Positions 31,501-33,243 of a stretch of DNA of 64,000 nt are shown one piece after another; the stretch's first letter is position 1; every line of letters begins with the position of its first letter. The notes beneath the pieces were generated by a model. That model ran no database searches, was not told the origin of the DNA, and saw only the letters and a program-made list of their open reading frames with translations. This DNA is from Eubacteriales bacterium (GTDB lineage Bacteria > Bacillota > Clostridia > Oscillospirales > CAG-272). The stretch lies in contig JAZNPB010000008.1 in the NCBI GenBank assembly GCA_045589435.1, forward strand, positions 21,478 to 85,477, given 5' to 3'. The position numbers and the translations under genes were made by a program.

Positions 31501-31545
31501 GAAATGATTGATAGATACCTTGTTAAAAACGGAGTTATTGAATAA
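13450..31545 (+). CDS. Giant (6031 aa) surface lipoprotein/adhesin: MBG/YDG-like repeats, conserved module, Listeria-Bacteroides-type repeats, C-terminal Hint domain
   Basis: One uninterrupted 18,096-nt frame with RBS aaagga upstream. Signal peptide plus lipobox MKQILCRILVLLVVIAAILGLSSC. Dozens of 80-110-aa repeats with recurring motifs (F.YDG..H, IY.G..Q, ATYGD.L, GTY.Y.A.FTP.D.NY, NYKW.D). No LPXTG, SLH, choline-binding or dockerin motif noticed. Confidence 0.9.
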   Translation: MKQILCRILVLLVVIAAILGLSSCNIFIEPELTTYDLVVEDFDREVVFGSELDLEGLYLRATTGDDVKVIPVNASMIKNGDTSSVGEKELTIEYGGFSWQLSYDVYYKVEHIVDGMVYDSQMVMSRDELFYVKEPSKTGSIFLSWDKAIPSELTDNLTITAVFLDGLELPKFSATYGDTLGDLELPEAKGGHWEWKHDLDTPVGNAGKLNTFTLAFIPEVNTENAIEFDVNISVAKKELEIRVLEDTFEYDGEKHNVKYAIYDGDKLVDYFVNVIEFSSPQSVIGTYDYTIQMADANYTATARKGSFSIVKIAVTVRVELDKSSIKYGEDFPGYRIIVEKDGEAFDFEDGIKLGIIKPATLEKGYYDIVATVKDENGDDIDNLYKYDITYVNAGFTVEGIDFNPGKPQFSTADGTDIFYGDKLSKVVFDPHPNGEWTWDFDYAGGDTVGDANPEPKLFRAIFTPYDTSYNVYYADIAIEVRKKELNVDLDMNNPAEKTVTVIYDGKEHGIKYVIWDWDANHEEKIDLTDKFSVTGNVTYVTAKEEGYKIVIRIDHPNYTGEDEFKLIIKKAVPETDFDRIITATWQSGMTLASIELPQGYAWEPVGNTAPNKVAVTGAGTYTYTATFTPEDTTNYLTVTDDFTVVVTHANSTIDGLNASYDSWTFNNNDHKLADLLSGITVTGTDRVVKYYYNGREVTTLKEAGTYLITVRVLESGQYKEVSADTIVIIKRATAEINNYGIPDNGWTYGHDAKTPYAYKNLSYVGDIVVEYKLASAADSAYTTTVPTLAGAYVARFSIVGGEGYNWNSAEPKYVNFTIAKAVVTAPTITSKIYTGSSQKADVEPTDLYTIKENLGGTNAGNYNVVLALTDSANYKWEKTDAAEYTATFSIGKAPNAIAPFEAGTWVYGDEISHSTTATFGEVVKITYYDKQNNKVTSFDAGEYVARAEVEGTSNYEGAVLSVNFTVGQLPVAVPELKENTFIYTGSLIKPEFKTAIPENAPYWVTNDGKVAVNNSTTPTYAVTLQLKNNNYKWADGDTSNIKSLTYVINKAEAKISGLTITGWTFGDDANSPSASTTFGTISYDYYVNGAWQTAAPKNAGNYTVRATVNGTGNFDGDFATFDFTIAKADATINGVNADKKYTTVYSGSKFSIAGVTSSHTETTPVYTIKNSAGVTVGEMVNADTYTVIISLASTANYNAAESIEVEVFIDKFDVHTPELVSNSRMYNKGIYKPAVKTDAHNKYYTYEYSTPDSTIVGTYSVNFTLNNENYRWDDATFANVLTYNITKANAEITLTSNAFEKYYRIQGYTRADVITGVGRSHEESELSYSIESFGDANTYTVIVSLPASHNYNAAENKTITVTIKKQLVYAPSISDLIYNGAAQAPDVDDSDLYEVFENVGGTNAAAYNVVLRLKNSANYKWSDDATDEAEKTTVVYNIKPATITLSELTTKTFKYLDTISFTSQKSYNVDNKTDFGVVRYIYSKTADFAVTVTPDDVGFYYVKAYVDGDINWGYEETLPVRFQITERPFDVPALSWTSKVYNDEILKPTVAKDDNIYSVQFVTENSEDVGTYTVKFTLTNSNYKWNDAYSGTERSRTYSITPATPTIAGFASTSKPYDTHAMNLSTTASIPGSTLSATITYYSAKDDAAVIPAPTNFGTYYVKASVGSGKNWSAASTDFIEINITKASANITVDTSDIVVTYGDTFALPIATTNLGSVNVDKTVADLVNVGTYYVTYTVVGNTNYNGDTETVKVIIGELAVDEPTVIGTLTYLTNASGVAIEQQVNLGVLPSYMTIKEGTNKGTLAGGYTVEITLDKNHKWAENSDGRVEWSIAKAKLTKPTANTATFTYNTESQTYTPVNFDAKTMSITNNVQSNANETGYSVVVSISDTANYEWVGGTQENIGFTFVINKLEVVEPQAIGTLTYMVDSENVAIAQQVNLGVLPSYMTVVEGTDVKSAAGNYTAKITLDENHKWASGSDGDVEWSIAKAKLTKPTANTTTFTYNTESQTYTPVNFDAKTMSITNNVQSNANETGYSVVVSISDTANYEWVGGTQENIGFTFRIYKLAVEEPTVSSTHTYTSVEHTVTLDKFYDSYMDIVLGTDKGTAAGNYCVEIKLDDNYVWKFGHDGKVDWTIAQATTSITGLSITGWTYDQYNAVTNKANYTVTTDSGFVIPESYIKVWYKSTKAGSTWSEIVPTDADTYQFKVVVGTDANENWAAEELISNEFTVEQLAVNEPTATGTYTYTVVDNEAIVHEVTLVGYDSSYMTITLGTNKESTAGTHTVIITLDNNHKWAENSDGHVEWSIAKAKIDLKDVEWNYSDAFAYNGEAKSVALKTASLPGGFGTIYTVNYTNNSETDEGDYTASAAFAFLGNNSSNYEFVGTVADCEWKIDPAEDNVVTFTAGATSWTYGDTVSYTATSTYGTPTIKIYDSEGTLLATSTGANGTATVSIKLNADTNYKVTVTYETSANWNTVENVEATFGVAQSTAYTAKANSIDDAVYGDLLLAKRAIPTGTVTVNGTTLAGTWKWQNVTSETKVGSAGTNTFYATFTPDDANYAATTNIAVTVNVAKYGLAVPNGIQVEYNDGHTVYSGVASSYFNDKLSSDGILDTDIIDVVDNGGSAVGDVVTLTLTIKDEFKGNYYWISYNADETVATTTYIVVVDKNSWEVDGEPTDMEWTYGEDGEVVDEPTANPVSGIGSEKKITYKLQSDADIPENWNDWSTISAETPAGTYDVKFVVTHPNYADMEKTVKLVIKTRVVELPTLATNSFTYQGKDAQGNDIVITPVVTHNDDETLYETINTGNVNVGTGYKITFTLPNKNYEWADGHGNEDNKLVYELTYNITAATDNEGTFTAGATSWTYGDTVTYTATSKYGTPTIKLYDSEGTLLETFTGANGTATVSIGLGAGTGYKVKVTYETSANWNAVADKETTFDVAQSTAYTATADSINAVYGDLLLSKKEIPTGSASIAGTWSWNSANAETTVGDFGTNKFYATFTPDDANYAATTNIAVTVNVAKADIVKPNITVNATYGDTLADIKSQLSNYDNANGNWTWVDADTTSVGDHGRNTFKAKFTSTDSNFNSIDEYPVTVVVAKKDISGATITLTGPALTYTGAAQTQNYTVELDGFATFTYDDDNTNVATNAGTHTITIAGTGNFDGEVTKIFEIKEKTITADDITVSEIIYNGEEQTPSVTVEIDGIIGSITYDVTWSDATVKDVRPEGRLYSVTVTGTDNFDGVVTKEFNVTPLDITENENVEISLDNSLTYNNGTTLIQQFTVRVKVVTTEGEKVLIVPCNVLEKTNEVKIAGSHTLRVEANDDNFTGTAITTFSVAKDNYDMSNVQWSASTFEYNQTEREVTIVSGLPTGVTVTGYEKNKGTVKGDYTATAILSYDEQNYHAPSATHNWSITTAYIEMPTKGTTSFTYDGTEKTFFSQTSTYWTATGTLKATDASTRKYVVTITFNAADIGSCQWKNAETGKETAALTYEYTISPLDITNATVNLDTSTPLVYGGNMTQNVISITKDGKTFLVKDGEVVNFLISGNVAETAGIHPLTVTANNSNFTGFVTCDFNVAKDTFDMTGVHWNYSGTPFVYAKNTTHTVELVGLPVGLTPVYSGVYSASEFGTYTAKVTFTYDTVNYEKPTVADCEWKINPAEDNVGTFTPGTTSWTYGDTVTYTATSTYGTPTIKLYDSEGTLLETFTGTNGTATVSIGLGAGTGYKVKVTYETSANWNAVADKETTFDVAPSTVYTATADAITDAVYRDLLLSKKEIPTGSASIAGTWSWTSANAETTVGDFGTNTFYATFEPTDPNYAVKTNVPVTVIVDKATFNMDGVKWDYSGTPFVYAKNTTYTVKLVGLPEGLTPKYGGVCSASAATDDHYTATVSFEYDASNYYAPGEIDDLEWKIDRAPVNRPAKDTTVYTYDGVTTHEYKIVKNDEFYKIEGTLSAMAGGTYEITITLADGNNTKWDDGSTASLVYDFVVGKGTNAFTGTLTMEGWEHDSTATTPSGITGAKWDYDASKVKYEYRDLDGEWYAESEFRPENDSPFGTYAVRAYMEGNNNYDKFYSDEVEFEITVKTVTIPEINATQEYVEDGDNYPTIKGTNDIFAEGDHGDYTVEYVEGIGTKVGTTYYVYVTLKDTVNTKWSDGTTEPKTLSYRLTGTPANIVVDDGNDKIVDGWTFGEEPADYAAVIKALTKVYFKGEEVQDFAMSLKYYTSNDANAVGSTDVPQDHGTYYFKIVVAAGAGYDTTESDFYQFEIAQAPLTLGADVTGITIGGVEYGTALESVSVSNKVYYYDGEEYKEISGTWSWDSDSEELGAVGNYTRTAIFTPSDDNYAPLTVEDVQITVVPKTITVTNSSPAEDKDTDDYLDLEFKESGYVEANFTTVTFKWNNEEVTLVKGESGDYIVTVTYAGGTATQYTNAGVYTVIVTLIQNADGSYNYNFGVKNVEGTPTPIVTQTFVFEIEKATLTLTNGLPENADCTYGGTYHDKGASYFEGLATLTHGTKTFTPSVTIAYSTDGSTYGDESTTLTIGDVGYYKITYTYTGNGNYAYFSGEVKIQITPAEVRVETPKHKGSFYEDTFNFLDDKNDQPKAYDAVTGVELVGGTFSCVSLHFNSENPNNSYYMLSYNPNNANYKCSTNFEVPVSLITVATLQRGTELTKYGSIAKALAAATTSGDKVWVIPDTSGNIVIDTTDVSKTVTVNAGTTLILPYAKYNGGNDANGTYRNNSYVATLTGDGLPKDTNLKTLVILGNGVTLEVKGTLHIAGELSGGNGGAHYSSHTKGNYGELRLGTDSTLIIPKDVNGKIECYGFITPLGENNGSKVEIRGGTLYQPFTLLDHQGGTALSSIKNKMNSNHIAPFYEYQFRNVQTDVSIHYGGKLTVYANMDATLPLVNTLQHNGTLVCMVGHEKDTETDKMPMLQLTSSESYLNAKFDKTTGILDLDLFGGAKLNSMVMTITFGTDIPLSTESVFFPLSWTMDISLNPTEEQKSQNRIAQYNAPYMMQLAWGGKFTVEKGAKFTVKDLVIHDNYETNHNIGLQEYAKASPDKVTSRQDAMFILRGELFVTDAIGGKVRADTPGAKIIAASVSCVWYKVTSNKAATEALTYNLSLWKHSKSDETITYTQSDVSAAAGVIAWYNGNDWVSGSTDTGFDVVIKYVGINSDGTETEIKSDYHHTYDISTLSTIFANTFIDLSDADDGNYKFIGWYLCKGNNGFTDEYRIITDRISLEELYTKLAADGYNNVTIYCVMANPSYTFEYDDGTDSTADDSTAKYSATQLPYASLVTLDQYDFDTTVSKYHTGWKLVDANGNEIATFTRTDVITWSVPDLEDIVTAYLSSIECVDNNYTFKLVAVWTDKTAVTVNYGENVIDLENTVIYLNHAFGQSSYDDLADLTMGDTEYDKSLYSNGWETPDGVTVSGTTVTITSTANVEIKAKWLNKVVLTIYYGENSLGLSPVTTIYLNTSQNQTSYKTSVLAAKTDSTKETFFNGWKEMSNCTVNAAGDIINVTSGATEASILANTWGVKDCVTVEYGNNNLGLPLSKIIYINPDTNSCVIDNVNANDANVTVIKYFDTWVGFALNADGTYTYTTDTGITITINGRNITLGGSLTDTVDNVIITAKWGEKENIKFSGNNGLTGESNVSVDVEGYVRTNTNDNFVADIQKMLADKIKDQANIKDSDPDVNQYFYGLSYNGKTYSEYDSDNPYSNMEYVEKVNSITVEWTGKYEVKVSSSNANVTVNGNSVSNNGSVYFKPGDKVTVSVSYTQTEKQTTTITGADKTTYTSPFDMPSQAVTISASSSSCIAAGTLITLADGTQKKVEDLLDTDILLVYDHERGEYVASPIVFIERDGWNYYNVIYLEYSNGVTNKLIYEHAMFDLTLNTYVYITEANYLDYVGHEFAYFNGESIESVTLENAYVKNEYTGCFSLVTAVHLNYFIDGMFSIPGGIEGIFNIFEYGEDLKYDSEQMQKDIETYGLYTYEDFAEYVPEEVFYAFQAQYFKVAVGKGMITFEEIIEMIDRYLVKNGVIE
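18721..19644 (+). repeat. Two tandem 462-bp (154-codon) in-frame repeat units
   Basis: The motif caggtcaacc is at 18799 and 19261 (offset 462). Cores 18940-19173 and 19402-19635 differ at 6 of 234 nt. More diverged partial copies at about 19645-19860 and 20140-20380. Confidence 0.9.
20611..21168 (+). repeat. Dispersed intragenic repeat, copy D1
   Basis: Encodes DCEWKIDPAEDNVVTFTAGATSWTYGDTVSYTATSTYGTPTIKIYDSEGTLL...FYATFTPDDANYAATTNIAVTVNVAK. Homologous to D2 and D3. Confidence 0.9.
22012..22506 (+). repeat. Dispersed intragenic repeat, copy D2
   Basis: Offset from D1 is 1356 nt (acctcttgga at 20671 versus 22027). Its 3' part (ttctacgcaaccttcacacccgatgatgcgaactacgcagcaacaaccaatatcgcggttactgtaaacgtagcaaa) is identical to D1. 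Confidence 0.9.
24388..24868 (+). repeat. Dispersed intragenic repeat, copy D3
   Basis: Offset from D2 is 2421 nt (acct at 22027 versus 24448). Perfect D2/D3 runs of 126 nt (22139-22264), 64 nt and about 69 nt. The two off-frame ORFs 21875..22195 and 24368..24616 translate to near-identical peptides. Confidence 0.9.
27091..29210 (+). other. Conserved module of about 700 aa shared with the truncated paralog at 33886..35900 (function unknown, beta-solenoid-like)
   Basis: Collinear protein similarity by eye. Giant first, paralog second: GNGNYAYFSG / NGNYAYSG; VWVIPDTSGNIVIDT / VWVIPNTSGDVIIDT; LILPY in both; ECYGFITPLGENNGSKV..LYQPF / NCYGFITEESKNNGSQV..IYQPF; FFPLSWTMDISLN / YFPISWVFDISLN; F.GWYL..IY (IYCVM / IYAKW). 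Confidence 0.8.
29000..30325 (+). repeat. Five Listeria-Bacteroides-type (Flg_new-like) repeats
   Basis: Repeated pattern ..Y..(F/Y/H).GW......(I/V).A.W: YKFIGWYLC..IYCVM; YHTGWKLVD..LVAVW; YSNGWETPD..IKAKW; FFNGWKEMS..LANTW; YFDTWVGFA..ITAKW. Confidence 0.65.
30862..31284 (+). other. Hint (Hedgehog/intein-type) autoprocessing domain, 141 aa, starting at Cys5805
   Basis: Block A: SSSS|CIAAGTLITLADGTQKKVEDLLDTDILLVYD. Block B-like: NKLIYEHAMF (the His is present). Block F/G-like: GCFSLVTAVHLNYFIDGMFS. The usual terminal His-Asn and a +1 Cys/Ser/Thr extein residue are absent. Confidence 0.75.
31285..31542 (+). other. 86-aa acidic, aromatic-rich, probably helical tail following the Hint core
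   Basis: IPGGIEGIFNIFEYGEDLKYDSEQMQKDIETYGLYTYEDFAEYVPEEVFYAFQAQYFKVAVGKGMITFEEIIEMIDRYLVKNGVIE. No family recognised. Confidence 0.5.
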
Positions 31546-31596
31546 TCAATAACGGCAAAATCTCAACTGACAAACCGAACTTGAGAAACTAAACAA

Positions 31597-31726
31597 CAAA
31601 ATTCCTAGGGGTGAAAATCCCCTAGGAATGACCACAAGAATTTACAATTTAAGCGCAAAATACGGTTTCGTATTTTGAAATAAGAAAAGCCCACCGCAGA
31701 TCTTTATGGTCTGCGGTGGGTATTTT
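31597..31726 (+). repeat. Three-hairpin 3' module, left copy; hairpin 3 acts as a bidirectional terminator
   Basis: H1: ttcctagggg-tgaaaat-cccctaggaa (31602-31628). H2: aaatacg-gttt-cgtattt (about 31658-31675). H3: cccaccgcaga-tctttatgg-tctgcggtggg (31690-31720) followed by tatttt. Inverted homolog at 33063-33192. Confidence 0.8.
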
Positions 31727-31766
31727 CGTATTAATTTTAGTTAATAATATTCTTTTTTAAGGCTAA

Positions 31767-32870
31767 TTATTCATTGAATTTTGAGTTGTTTTTTGCGAAG
31801 TCTTTCATAAATTCCACAAGGCTTTCAACCGCCTCAAGGGGCATGGAATTATAGATAGATGCGCAGATTCCGCCGATGCTTTCATGACCTTTCAGGTTGG
31901 TGAAGCCTGCCAGCGAAGCCTCGATACAGAATCGCTCATCAAGGGCAGAGCTACCGGTATTGAACACCACGTTCGTCATGGAACGGCATTTTTTATCGAT
32001 AGTTGAAATATAGTAGAACTGACCGTCGATAAAATCATAAAGGCAGCTGGCTTTTTTCTCGTTTCGGCGCTTCATTTCCTCAAGTCCACCGATGGATTTT
32101 ATCCATTGGAATACCAGCTTTGCCACGTAGATATTAAACACAGGGGGAACGTAATCTGATGCGCCCTGCTCGGAGAGGATCTCGTAGTTAAACATGGATG
32201 GTGTTTCGGGAAGAGGGTTGCCAATCAGGTCGGAACGAATGATAACAACCGTCATAGCCGCGGGAGCAACGTTCATCTCGGAGCTAGCATAGATCATTGC
32301 AAATTTCGAAATATCAATAGGCTCGGAGAGGATGCAAGAGGACATATCAGCAACCAATGGGATGTTACCCGTGTCCGGAACTGCCGGGAATTTTGTTCCG
32401 TAAACCGAGTTGTTATAGCAAATATGAACATAGTCCGCGTCGGGGCGGAAGCTGGAGCGAGTTGCCTCCGGAATAGTTGAAAAAATAGGTGTCGCGCCAC
32501 CGGAAGAAGCCGCAACGGCAATGTCACCGTACCTCTTTGCCTCCAGCATAGCCTGACGTGAGCGCTGTCCGGAGAGAATGTAGTCCGCGCACTTGTGAGC
32601 CGAGAGCAAATTCATAGGCACCATGGAAAACTGCTGTGTTGCATCGCCCGGAAGGAACATTACCTTGTAGTTTGCGGGAATGTGCATCAGCTCGCGCAGG
32701 AGTCTTTCTGCATCGTGCAAAATCTCTTTGAATGCAGGGGATTTCGGGCTGATCTCAAGGATCGACATTCCGGAATCGTTGTATGATAAAAGATCTTTCT
32801 GAACTTGCTCAATGACCTCCGCGGGTAGCATAGCAGGCCCGGAGGCGAAATTATATACTCTTTTTGACAT
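31767..32870 (-). CDS. Phosphoserine aminotransferase (SerC)-like protein lacking the PLP-binding lysine; probable pseudoenzyme or neofunctionalised paralog
   Basis: Collinear over its full length with E. coli SerC as I recall it (NF.SGPAMLPAEV; IP.NYKV.F; ADMSS.ILS.PID.S; LKGH...GG..ASIYN.MPLE.V..L..FM..F). The AGAQKNIGPAGL motif reads ASSEMNVAPAAM. RBS aaggag present. Confidence 0.85.
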   Translation of the reverse strand: MSKRVYNFASGPAMLPAEVIEQVQKDLLSYNDSGMSILEISPKSPAFKEILHDAERLLRELMHIPANYKVMFLPGDATQQFSMVPMNLLSAHKCADYILSGQRSRQAMLEAKRYGDIAVAASSGGATPIFSTIPEATRSSFRPDADYVHICYNNSVYGTKFPAVPDTGNIPLVADMSSCILSEPIDISKFAMIYASSEMNVAPAAMTVVIIRSDLIGNPLPETPSMFNYEILSEQGASDYVPPVFNIYVAKLVFQWIKSIGGLEEMKRRNEKKASCLYDFIDGQFYYISTIDKKCRSMTNVVFNTGSSALDERFCIEASLAGFTNLKGHESIGGICASIYNSMPLEAVESLVEFMKDFAKNNSKFNE

Positions 32871-32907
32871 TTTACGTAATTTTCTCCTTGGTAGGACTTT
32901 TTCTTAT

Positions 32908-32936
32908 ATTATACTATTTTTTCAAGGAAAAATCAA
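32908..32936 (-). promoter_or_regulatory. Promoter of the SerC-like gene
   Basis: Minus-strand TTGATT (32936-32931), 17-nt spacer, TATAAT (32913-32908), about 38 nt upstream of ATG 32870. Confidence 0.5.
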
Positions 32937-33062
32937 GAGGTTTGGGAGTTTTTAGTTATTTTGTGGGGTGTATAGATAAAAACACTGCTTTTTTTGCTTT
33001 TTAATTTGCTTTTTATGAGTTTAAAAAAGCAGCGTCAAATATTACTAAATTAGCTAAAAAAA

Positions 33063-33192
33063 TCACCCACCGCAGGCCATAAAGATCCGCGGTGGGCTTT
33101 TTAATTTCAAAGCACAATCCCGTGCTTTTTCATTGAATTTTGTAAATAATGGTTTTCATTCCCTAGGGGTTTTCGCAAACCCCTAGGTTTTT
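33063..33192 (-). repeat. Three-hairpin 3' module, right copy (inverted); terminator of the truncated paralog
   Basis: H1': ccctagggg-ttttcgcaaa-cccctagg (33161-33187). H2': aaagcac-aatccc-gtgcttt (33109-33128). H3': cccaccgc..gcggtggg (33066-33096), with ttttttt following on the minus strand. Confidence 0.8.
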
Positions 33193-33243
33193 TCGTTGAA
33201 ATAACTTCGTTGAAACATAATAGGTTTTACTAATAAATGTTTA

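Noticed and set aside
30862-31766. A polymorphic-toxin arrangement: pretoxin-HINT, then a C-terminal toxin, then an immunity gene.
   Set aside because: The post-Hint tail is only 86 aa, acidic and helical, with no nuclease, deaminase or pore-former motif that I recognise. No small same-strand immunity ORF follows. The next 220 nt are three hairpins, and then a convergent gene.
31597-33192. An invertible promoter or shufflon switch driven by the inverted modules.
   Set aside because: No recombinase, invertase or integrase gene is in the window. The inverted repeats lie in 3' regions and enclose a complete gene with its own promoter, so inversion would not obviously switch expression of either adhesin gene. 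It is kept only as one of several hypotheses in the findings.
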